From: Thermoproteus tenax Kra 1
Lineage (GTDB): Archaea > Thermoproteota > Thermoprotei > Thermoproteales > Thermoproteaceae
DNA length: 32,000 bases
Reading direction: 5' to 3'
Assembly (NCBI RefSeq): GCF_000253055.1
Contig: NC_016070.1
Coordinates: 210,001-242,000, forward strand
The notes below the pieces were generated by a model. The model had not been told where the DNA came from, did no database searches, and worked only from the letters and a program-made list of their open reading frames with translations. How positions within the stretch are numbered: the stretch's first letter is position 1; the number at the start of each line of letters is the position of its first letter. A program made the position numbers and the translations under genes. Of this stretch, positions 18,876 through 26,618 are shown piece after piece.

Positions 18876-19143
18876 TCCGCCGCCCCTCCATATAAGCCTT
18901 TCGGGTGCAGATCCCTCTGCCAGCGGCTGCCGCCTTTGACATTACAACCGAAGGCCTCGCCCTATAGGGCGGGGATTGACTCTATATTTTTCATGGCGAA
19001 GAGGGCTGAGAGGGGCCTAGATGGCGCGCTCCGTACGGCGGCCAACGGCGGATGGCCCCCGCATGAGCGGGGAGGAGATCAGTATACGTTCTAAATCTTA
19101 AGAATCTTAAGATAAGCTCTTTTTAACGGGCGTTCATCTTTTT

Positions 19144-19998
19144 GTGGAGACAAGGGAGTATGTCACTCTGCTTCACGGAGCTTGGTCGAAGTGGGATAGG
19201 ATAAAGCGCTTAGTGTATAGGGAGCTGGGGGTGAGGAATACTGAGGAGCTCATCCGGCGGTTCGTGGACGTAGAGAGCTGCCGGCCGTTGGACGTGGAGA
19301 CTCTGGCGTCGGCGTTGCGCAAGTTCGTCGAGCCGGCCGACCCCGGCGCCTTCGCCACGCCCTTCTTCGACCCCCGCTACCCATGCGAGCTCCTGCGGTA
19401 CCCCGCCTATGGAGACGTGCTCTACCCGCCCCTCATGCTCTACTGGAGCAGGGAGTTCAACGCCAACGAGCGGCCGGCGGTGGCGGTGGTTGGGACGCGG
19501 AGGTGCTCCAGCTGGGGGAGAAAGACGGCGAGGGAGCTCGGCAGAGCTCTGGCGTCTAGGGGCTACGCCGTCGTGACCGGGCTCGCCGAGTGTGTAGACG
19601 CAGAGGCGGCGCGCGGCGCTCTAGATGCCGGCGGAATAGTCGTGGGCGTGAGGCCGTGGCTGAGGCCGCTCGAGCTCCCCAGAGAGTCTGCGCCGTTGGC
19701 CAAGAGGGTTGTTATCGTCAGCGAGCGGCTGGAGAAGCCGAGGGGGGACGTGAGGCGGCTCTACTTCCTCCGCAACAGGATAATAGCGGGGATGGCCAAG
19801 GCGGTGGTGGTCGTGGAGGCGCGGGAGGGCGGCGGGACGATGCACCAGATAGAGCTGGGACTGAGGCGGGGGAAGCCCGTCTATATAATGAAGCCCGCCT
19901 CTGAGGACTACCTGCCCGCCTACAAGGCCTTCTTAGAGAAGGGCGCCGAGGAGGTAGAGGACATCGCGCAGCTCCTACGCTATGTACAGAGGGCTTGA
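19144..19998 (+). CDS. DprA/Smf-like Rossmann-fold protein
   Basis: GTG start. AVAVVGTRRCSSWGRKTARELGRALASRGYAVVTGLAECVDAEAARGALDAGG...VVIVSERLEKPRGDVRRLYFLRNRIIAGMAKAVVVVEAREGGGTMHQIELGLRRGKPVYIM follows the DprA core (VG.R..S..G......L...G..VVSGLA.G.D, SE.P...P....F..RNRIIAGLS.A..VVEA...SG....A......GR.V). Confidence 0.8.
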   Translation: METREYVTLLHGAWSKWDRIKRLVYRELGVRNTEELIRRFVDVESCRPLDVETLASALRKFVEPADPGAFATPFFDPRYPCELLRYPAYGDVLYPPLMLYWSREFNANERPAVAVVGTRRCSSWGRKTARELGRALASRGYAVVTGLAECVDAEAARGALDAGGIVVGVRPWLRPLELPRESAPLAKRVVIVSERLEKPRGDVRRLYFLRNRIIAGMAKAVVVVEAREGGGTMHQIELGLRRGKPVYIMKPASEDYLPAYKAFLEKGAEEVEDIAQLLRYVQRA

Positions 19999-20743
19999 GC
20001 TCAGAAGAGACTTCATATACTACAATGGGAGCCCCCTGGCCAGGCTGATTACCAGCTTCCCCTCGCGGCGCTACTGCCCCATATGTGGCCACCCCCTCCC
20101 CAGGGGCTCAACAGAGTGCCCACTTCATGGTCCAGAGGAGAGAGTTGACGCCACTATGGCGGTAGGCCTCTACTACACTGTGAAAGCTGAGAGATCTGGC
20201 TACGGAAACCAACTCACTAACCTGATCCTCAGACTTAAGCAGTCTGTGGAAGAGGCGAAGCTGCTCGGCGCCGCCATGGCTCTGTTGGTCAGAGAGGGCG
20301 TATTCCGCATCAGCGACGTAGATGTCGTGACCTATGTCCCCAAGAGACGGGAGGAGTTCAAGGTAGACGAGGAGACGGGGAAGCGTTTTAATCAAGCGTA
20401 TCAGCTTGCACGTGCAGTCGCACATCACCTTCGTCTAGGCAAGCCGGTAAAGACGGTCAGAAAAGTGAAGCCTTTTACTCTTCAGGGGCTGAGGCGAGAT
20501 GAGAGGTATAGGTTAGCCTACGCCGGATATGAAGTGCTGCAGAATGTAGCCGACAGAATTCGGGACAAGAGCGTGCTTCTGGTTGACGACGTTAGGACGT
20601 CGGGCGCTACGGCCAACGCAATAGCGGCGAAGCTCAAAGAGCTCGGCGCTAAAAAGGTCTACCTCTTCGTGGCGGGGCGCACAGCAGAGATATCTATACT
20701 AAACGAGATATGCTCCAACGCAGAGGGTTGCGAAAAACCATAG
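19982..20743 (+). CDS. ComF-like phosphoribosyltransferase with N-terminal zinc-ribbon-like motif
   Basis: RRYCPICGHPLPRGSTECPLHG (Cys-rich N-terminus), DVVTYVPKRREEFKVDEETGKRFNQAYQLARAVA, and PRPP-binding-type loop KSVLLVDDVRTSGATANAIAAKLKELGAKKVYLFVAGRT. Overlaps the DprA-like gene by 17 nt. Confidence 0.8.
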   Translation: MYRGLELRRDFIYYNGSPLARLITSFPSRRYCPICGHPLPRGSTECPLHGPEERVDATMAVGLYYTVKAERSGYGNQLTNLILRLKQSVEEAKLLGAAMALLVREGVFRISDVDVVTYVPKRREEFKVDEETGKRFNQAYQLARAVAHHLRLGKPVKTVRKVKPFTLQGLRRDERYRLAYAGYEVLQNVADRIRDKSVLLVDDVRTSGATANAIAAKLKELGAKKVYLFVAGRTAEISILNEICSNAEGCEKP

Positions 20744-20858
20744 AACAAGTCGCGCCGATCTGGCTCCAAAGCTCAAACCTCTAGTCCACCTCTGAAATTT
20801 ATGGGACGCTATTTTGGTAAACCTATAGCCCGTACAAGTCAAAACGCCGCCGCCCAAT

Positions 20859-21092
20859 ATGGAAATAGAAATTTCATACAAGAGACGGCGGCGTCCACAA
20901 AGCGAAGAAAGGTCCCAAGCCATCGTCTTCAAAATACGACAAACCCTCAGATCGCTTTCGTTTGACGCGACTCCGAGACAGCCGTACAAGTTCTACTACA
21001 GAGGGAAGAAGCCACAGAAGGTGGGGGAGGTCCTGGAGGTCTCGGCTAAATGTAACAACGGCATGATCCCCATCGTGCCTTGGCCTCTATGA
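20859..21092 (+). CDS. Small basic proline-containing protein (77 aa), unknown
   Basis: MEIEISYKRRRRPQSEERSQAIVFKIRQTLRSLSFDATPRQPYKFYYRGKKPQKVGEVLEVSAKCNNGMIPIVPWPL. Its stop overlaps the ATG of the next gene in an ATGA arrangement (21089-21092). Confidence 0.45.
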   Translation: MEIEISYKRRRRPQSEERSQAIVFKIRQTLRSLSFDATPRQPYKFYYRGKKPQKVGEVLEVSAKCNNGMIPIVPWPL

Positions 21093-21883
21093 CGCTGGTA
21101 ATCGGCGTAGTCTGGCGGGCGGTGCAAGGCGTCTTGGTAGTCGCAGACACTAGATCCTCCATGGGCCCCGTGTTTCTAGAGGAGAGGAAGATACACCCCG
21201 TAAAGCGGGGCGGATTGGGATACGCTGTGTTAGCCGGCTCCGGGAACCCCAAGCTCGTGAAGAAGGGGTATAGGGTGATTGAAGAAACAATAGACAGCTG
21301 GATAGCACAAAACGGCACGCGCACGCCCAAGTCGCAGGAACTCAACAAAATGGTAGACACCGCAGAGCGGCTATTAATAGAAGAGCTCAAATTCCTTAGA
21401 GACAGAGGCATAGATCCGTGCGAAGACGGGTTATCAATACTGTGGGCGTCTGTCTCAGATGAAGGCGACCCACGCCTATACCACATAGACTGCACCGGCT
21501 TAGCAGACGCCAAACACGACAACCCAGGCTACGTCCTCTTGGGCAGGGGTCTCTACACCGGCGCCCTCGCCCTGCTTCGCCTGTTTAACTTCAGCCCAGA
21601 GCACACGTGGGACATGGGCCTTTACACCGCATTCATAATAGACCTAGTGTCCGAGGTCGACTCGTCGGTCTCCCCATTCCTAGGCGATTCCTACCTAATC
21701 AGAAAAGAGGGCGAAAAGGTAGTCCTTGGGCCTCTAAAGCCTGAGGCCTACCAGGAGTACAAGAAAAAGATCGCAAAGAGGAGAGAGGCTATCCAGTTGC
21801 TCTGGCAAGCCCTCGAGAGCGTCGACAACGAGGACGAAGTCATGGAAATACTGAGAGAAAAAATAAGACAGATACAGAAGTAG
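21089..21883 (+). CDS. Proteasome beta / HslV-like Ntn hydrolase
   Basis: ATG at 21089, internal to the track ORF: M-TLVIGVVWRAVQGVLVVADTRSSMGPVFLEERKIHPVKRGGLGYAVLAGSG...HIDCTGLADAKHDNPGYVLLGRGLYTGALALLRLF...FIIDLVSEVDSSVSPFLGDSYLI. Thr follows Met directly; Lys at position 33 counting that Thr as 1; GxG[SR]G-like and D..S elements follow proteasome beta order. Confidence 0.65.
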   Translation: MTLVIGVVWRAVQGVLVVADTRSSMGPVFLEERKIHPVKRGGLGYAVLAGSGNPKLVKKGYRVIEETIDSWIAQNGTRTPKSQELNKMVDTAERLLIEELKFLRDRGIDPCEDGLSILWASVSDEGDPRLYHIDCTGLADAKHDNPGYVLLGRGLYTGALALLRLFNFSPEHTWDMGLYTAFIIDLVSEVDSSVSPFLGDSYLIRKEGEKVVLGPLKPEAYQEYKKKIAKRREAIQLLWQALESVDNEDEVMEILREKIRQIQK

Positions 21884-21885
21884 AT

Positions 21886-22188
21886 ATGAATAACATAGAA
21901 CAAAAGAAGAAAGGAATGCGGGTTATTAAGATAGAAGGCGGCAGAATCGTGGCGAGCGAGGGGTTCCTAGAGGCCCTACGTAAATTGCGTTTCACAGTTG
22001 TAGAGGGAAGAGGCGTAGAGATCAAGGTAGGAGGATCCTTAGTAACGAACTACAGCACATACTACTATAACAAGGGAGATATTGTTGTGAGGACGACAGA
22101 CAGAGGTTCGGGCGATATATTAATACAAATAGACGACATTAAAAAGGGAAACAAGACGGAGAGAACGCCTGTCGGAGACCTAGTATGA
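21886..22188 (+). CDS. Small beta-rich protein (100 aa), unknown
   Basis: MNNIEQKKKGMRVIKIEGGRIVASEGFLEALRKLRFTVVEGRGVEIKVGGSLVTNYSTYYYNKGDIVVRTTDRGSGDILIQIDD. Starts 2 nt after the Ntn hydrolase gene; ATGA overlap with the next gene. Confidence 0.7.
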   Translation: MNNIEQKKKGMRVIKIEGGRIVASEGFLEALRKLRFTVVEGRGVEIKVGGSLVTNYSTYYYNKGDIVVRTTDRGSGDILIQIDDIKKGNKTERTPVGDLV

Positions 22189-23111
22189 CCGTCAAACGGA
22201 CATACGGCGACCTCTATGGAGAATTGACAAAGTCGCGCGTCCAACAGCTCGTAGACGACGTAAAATGCCTCCTAGATATGATAGAGCGAGCTCAGGATAA
22301 AAACATCTTTAAGGAGCTACCACTATCGACCCTAAAGAAAGCCGCTGAAAAGGTAATGAATATAGCAAAGGGTTTGGGGTACAGCGCATCGTGTCGGCTG
22401 AATAGAGCTGTAACAGACCTCCCCTATGTCCTCTGTGGATTTATACCGCGGATAAGGCCCCACGGCGACATAACTTATGTTTTATATACGCTTAGAAACA
22501 CGCCGCTTAAGATAGCCCAGAGCATATATCCCTCTTTTAACCCAGACGACAGCTTTATCAAAAGCCTAGGGCTAGAGAAGTACCAACCCTTTGGCTCGCC
22601 CCCGATAAAGGAGGTGGAAGACTGGACAACTTTTATCTCTTTTAGAGATTACCCAAGATACTTCTATCTTAAAGAAGAGCCAGGTCGATACATGTCAGAA
22701 TTCAGAGCATATATAACAAATTCTCTTCCCGACGTCCCAATAACCTGTGATAGATCTGTGGGCGTCAGGATAGATGTAAACTTCGACAGCATAATAAACA
22801 ACACCACTATGCTAGGGACGGCGATATTGCTGTTATCCATAACCTCTGCAAGAGCTCTAATGTCCATTGGATTGAGGGAGTGTCCGATATCTAGTGTACT
22901 CACACATGGCATCGCCATGAATTACGACTCCTATTATAGACTCTATGAGTCCTCAAATGGGATATTATCTAAGCGTTGTGGGGAGTCAAGCTACAGGTTC
23001 TTGCTCGAAGATCTAGCACTACATGCAGAACAGATAGTCAAGGGGGATGTAGACATATTCTTCTCAAGAGGTAGCACAGGTACAGTATACCTAATAACTG
23101 CGATTTTGTGA
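22185..23111 (+). CDS. Unknown protein (308 aa)
   Basis: MTVKRTYGDLYGELTKSRVQQLVDDVKCLLDMIERAQDKNIFKELPLSTLKKAAEKVMNIAKGLGYS... Uninterrupted ORF translationally coupled to its upstream neighbour; no family recognised. Confidence 0.75.
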   Translation: MTVKRTYGDLYGELTKSRVQQLVDDVKCLLDMIERAQDKNIFKELPLSTLKKAAEKVMNIAKGLGYSASCRLNRAVTDLPYVLCGFIPRIRPHGDITYVLYTLRNTPLKIAQSIYPSFNPDDSFIKSLGLEKYQPFGSPPIKEVEDWTTFISFRDYPRYFYLKEEPGRYMSEFRAYITNSLPDVPITCDRSVGVRIDVNFDSIINNTTMLGTAILLLSITSARALMSIGLRECPISSVLTHGIAMNYDSYYRLYESSNGILSKRCGESSYRFLLEDLALHAEQIVKGDVDIFFSRGSTGTVYLITAIL

Positions 23112-23120
23112 TGAGAGCCT

Positions 23121-24449
23121 ATGAGTTTCCTGCTTCAAAAATTACGAGAGCACATCAGAAAAACCTACCAACCCGAGGTTCTGAGGGATCTGGAGAGTAG
23201 ACTTGGCCAAGTTGTGGAGAAGCTGGAGTCGGCGCCTGCCGTAGCCGTCCAAAGCGTCGAGTTCTACGAGATCGGGATGAGGATGCAGATTGCGGTGGGA
23301 GATGTAGATATCTACCACGTTGCCTACCCCAGCGATGTGAGCTTCCATCCAGTGGAGCTTTTGGAAGTCGGAATCCCCTTCGTTGGCATAAGTGATCAAG
23401 TTGAGATTTTTGAGCCCCCTCCGCCCGCGCGTCCTCTACCTGATGTAGAGGAGGTTGACCTAGTTGGCGCTCTCGGCATCCAGTGGGAGAGGGCGCCCCG
23501 TGAAGGCACCTTTCTCCTAGAACACAACGGTGGCGACGACTACTCCCTATCTCTGGGGCGAATCGCACTTGAGTTTTTCATTGCAGCCACTGGCAAGTTG
23601 GCCGATTTGAGGATTATAAAGGACGTATCAGAACTTGGTCTGATAGAGGAGGAGGGAGTTTACGTAATAAAAAGCGGGGTGGTAGACAGTAGCGCTTTAA
23701 GATTTATCGAGATTTTAAAACGGTTTAGTGGAAGAGGGCTTAGGTATATTGTGTTCAGCTTCAGCGAATCAGAGAGGTTGGAAAAGACGCTACGCGGGAT
23801 ATTGCGTCAGTATGTGAGAGTAAACAGTGACGCAGAGGCGAAAAAAGCTGTCCAGTGCTTGGCAACAGCCGCCTCAGGTCTCCACCCTACCCTTCGGTCT
23901 GGTCCGGCGTCTGATGATGTCTTCAACCGCTACTGGGAGTTCTACTGGGAACTTCTTGAGAATATGTACCGTGAAGCGAACCTAGAGTTCGATGTGCAAT
24001 CGCCAGGTGAAATAGAGACGGAGCACCACAGAATTTTGAAGGCCTATGTAGCGACTTACCTTAAACAAGAGAAAGAGTGTAAAAACATAAAAGTTGAAAG
24101 TTATAGTTGCAGAGGCTCTATCGTAGACATATATGCTGATGGATGTAAAGATGGCAAATCCTATATTGTAGATGTTAAAACTAGTATAGGCGCCAATCCC
24201 CTCGATGAAATAAGAGAAGTGATAGAGAAGTACCAAGCATGCGGCGATATAGTCGCCGTAGTCATGCGTCCTGTGGTAGTGGCCCTCTTTATCAGAGCAA
24301 TCGCCAGAATGCTCAACATGTTGAGAAGCATATCTACGGAGAAGGTAGTAGACATATGGATACCATCCTACGAAGAAAATAACAAACTTACATTATTAAC
24401 TATAAATGATTTTATACAAAAGCTTAAATTATGTAAAGAGAAGAATTAG
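23121..24449 (+). CDS. Protein (442 aa) with C-terminal PD-(D/E)XK-like nuclease domain
   Basis: C-terminal HHRILKAYVATYLKQEKECKNIKVESYSCRGSIVDIYADGCKDGKSYIVDVKTSIGANPLDEIREVIEKYQACGDIVAVVMRP: helix, D...(I/V)VDVKT beta-hairpin core and following helix typical of PD-(D/E)XK folds. N-terminal two thirds unassigned. Confidence 0.6.
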   Translation: MSFLLQKLREHIRKTYQPEVLRDLESRLGQVVEKLESAPAVAVQSVEFYEIGMRMQIAVGDVDIYHVAYPSDVSFHPVELLEVGIPFVGISDQVEIFEPPPPARPLPDVEEVDLVGALGIQWERAPREGTFLLEHNGGDDYSLSLGRIALEFFIAATGKLADLRIIKDVSELGLIEEEGVYVIKSGVVDSSALRFIEILKRFSGRGLRYIVFSFSESERLEKTLRGILRQYVRVNSDAEAKKAVQCLATAASGLHPTLRSGPASDDVFNRYWEFYWELLENMYREANLEFDVQSPGEIETEHHRILKAYVATYLKQEKECKNIKVESYSCRGSIVDIYADGCKDGKSYIVDVKTSIGANPLDEIREVIEKYQACGDIVAVVMRPVVVALFIRAIARMLNMLRSISTEKVVDIWIPSYEENNKLTLLTINDFIQKLKLCKEKN

Positions 24450-24754
24450 TACTTTATCAACTTTCTCCTTGGGAATCCTTAGCCTTACTTGTAGGAAAAA
24501 CACCACTTCTTGGTTTCTCTTGACTAACGATGTGCCTATGAAATGTGGCAGCTCCATTTGGACTTAGCGTTCACGTAAGTGTCAAGATAGACGTCGGTCG
24601 CCATATAGCCGTGGAGGCGTCGCAAGGTTAGCTCCGGCCGGCATAAGTTCATAGCTGGATACGCTCAAGGCGGCCGCAGACGCTTGGCAAGGTCTGCAGG
24701 GAGGGTTCCGCTGGGGGGTCTGGAAGAGAGCAGTTTACGCTTCATGAAACCACT

Positions 24755-25078
24755 TCAAACGGCTCTTACATTGAACCTTCCCCTTGAGGCCTCAATAGCG
24801 GTTTCGGCCGCCGCGGGCTCCTGCTCCGCTATGTCAACCAGCTCCCAACCGTCTGTGGGAAGCGTGGATGGGAGTAAGGGCTTGTCGGCCACGGCCTTCT
24901 TCAGCTCCTCAGGCAAGTCCTCAATGTATATGCCGTCCGCAACGCTCACGTCGAAGTTTACACCGCCGAAGGGGGGAGAAGCCGATCTCCTTCACGTTTA
25001 GTATCAGGATCTTTAGCTTAACCACTGCGCCATCGGAGAGCTTGATGGTGCCTACTCCAATCTCGCCAAGGCTCACGG
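24755..25078 (-). pseudogene. Frameshifted small conserved-looking gene
   Basis: From minus-strand GTG near 25078: MSLGEIGVGTIKLSDGAVVKLKILILNVKEIGFSP, then in another frame PFGGVNFDVSVADGIYIEDLPEELKKAVADKPLLPSTLPTDGWELVDIAEQEPAAAETAIEASRGRFNVRAV. The switch falls at a G/C homopolymer around 24971-24976. Confidence 0.5.
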
Positions 25079-25350
25079 CTGATCTGCTCTACGTCCTTAT
25101 TTGTCTTTTGGCTTTGTGGGGTAGCGGCCGTTGGGCGCCTCGGGGCGGCGCAAGCCTCGAGGCGGGGGCCTGGGCGGCGCCTCTTAGGAGGAGGGCTCTC
25201 CTAAGGTCTCTCGATGTGCTGAGGAGGGTTATGAGTCTGCCGGGCCCGGTGGCTAGGCGCGGCCTAACTCAGTACCTCTCGGCCACGGAGGGGGCAAGCC
25301 GTCGCGGGTGAGGACCAGGTGGCCGCGGCTGCGTAGATCGGCATGAGGCC

Positions 25351-26598
25351 CTAGGTGCGGGTTTTCATTCCCCACTCCCTCAGGGCGTTGAGGCCCATGT
25401 ATATTCCTCTCTGCATCTGGTGTATTTGGTACAGGGCTTTGGGGCTTGTGATCCTGTAGCATGGGCCCCTCCTCTGGCCGTGTAGCCTCGCGTAGGGGGC
25501 CACCGAGGCGTTTATGAGTTGGCCGAGTGGGCCGTAGCGCCTCTCCACCTCCCGGGGGCACCACCTGAGGCCGAACAGCGCTGTGGAGGCGTAGTACAGG
25601 GCGTCTTCCCAGGGGGCTATGTACATGGCTCTGGCGGCTCCGTGGCCGCGGCGTTCGACGTAGTCCACGTATTTAGTTGGGTCAAAGCTGTTGACGTAGA
25701 TGTACCAGTTGCTTCTGCCTATTGCGCTTGCCCCGGCGGCTAGGTAGACGTCGTGGTCGACCACGTATTCGTCTATCAAGCCGGCGGTTCGGCTGAAGCA
25801 CCAGGGGGTGGCGGGGGCGTAGCCCCGCTCTGAGGCTGTCTCTAGGATGGCGCCGTATAGGGCCTCCTCCTGGGGGTGCCAGGGCCCCTCCCCCCTCTGC
25901 CTCAGTGTTTTTCTGAGGCCGGGGCCCGGCATGAGAGGGTAGAAGGTGACTTGGCCGACGCCGAGGGATAGAGCCAACGCGGCCTCTCTCCTCAAGGTGG
26001 CGGGGGTGTCCAGCCGCGTGCCCCAGATCATGTCTATGTTTACGGTGGGGAACCTCCCCGCGGCGAGCCTCGCGGCTTGTGCCCCCTGCGCCGCCGTGTG
26101 GGACCTGCGGCCGAGCTCGGCGAGTTTGGCGTCGTAGAGGCTCTGTAGGCCGATGCTCAGCCTCTCCACGCCCGCCTCCTTGAGCACGGAGATGGACTCG
26201 TCTGTGACGTCGGCGGGGTTGGCCTCAACGCTTATGTCCAACCTGCCGAAGTGGCTCTTCGCCACGTCGAGGATCTCGGCCAGGGCGTAGACGTCGACGG
26301 TGGGGGTGCCCCCGCCCACGTATAAGACGTCGACCTTGGCCCCCTCGGCTGCCTCCGCCAGGAACTGCAGCTCCTTTGCCAAGGCCGCCTTGTACCTCCT
26401 GTAGAGGGCGGGGTCGTATGGGTATCTAACGAAGCTACAGAACCTACAGAGGGATCTGCAGAAGGGGATGTGGATATACAGCCCAAACCGGCCTTCGAAC
26501 CTCCTCAACGCGGCGGCGTGTCTCCGGGGGTCTGCTGGCGATCTGCTCAACCTCCCCACGAACCGCTCCACCACGAGGGCGGCGGCGTGTGTAATCAT
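25351..26598 (-). CDS. HemN-like / coproporphyrinogen III oxidase-like radical SAM protein
   Basis: GLYIHIPFCRSLCRFCSFVRYPYDPALYRRYKAALAKELQFLA (CxxxCxxC), VDVLYVGGGTPT, DISVEANPADVTDESISVLKEAGVERLSIGLQSL, GVGQVTFYPLMPGPG. Confidence 0.85.
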   Translation of the reverse strand: MITHAAALVVERFVGRLSRSPADPRRHAAALRRFEGRFGLYIHIPFCRSLCRFCSFVRYPYDPALYRRYKAALAKELQFLAEAAEGAKVDVLYVGGGTPTVDVYALAEILDVAKSHFGRLDISVEANPADVTDESISVLKEAGVERLSIGLQSLYDAKLAELGRRSHTAAQGAQAARLAAGRFPTVNIDMIWGTRLDTPATLRREAALALSLGVGQVTFYPLMPGPGLRKTLRQRGEGPWHPQEEALYGAILETASERGYAPATPWCFSRTAGLIDEYVVDHDVYLAAGASAIGRSNWYIYVNSFDPTKYVDYVERRGHGAARAMYIAPWEDALYYASTALFGLRWCPREVERRYGPLGQLINASVAPYARLHGQRRGPCYRITSPKALYQIHQMQRGIYMGLNALREWGMKTRT

Positions 26599-26618
26599 GT
26601 GGGGCGTGGCGCGGCCCC

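Noticed and set aside
20699-20989. 96-aa minus-strand ORF overlapping the ComF-like gene end
   Set aside because: Overlaps two plus-strand coding ORFs and has no recognisable features.
14864-22188. Similar N-termini of csa5 (MNNKTEQKK) and the 100-aa operon protein (MNNIEQKKK), suggesting shared origin
   Set aside because: Similarity is limited to about nine A-rich codons and the rest of the proteins do not resemble each other.
24868-25311. 147-aa plus-strand ORF with possible hydrophobic segment
   Set aside because: First half is antisense to the frameshifted gene and composition is low-complexity; the C-terminal portion might be a remnant but cannot be supported.
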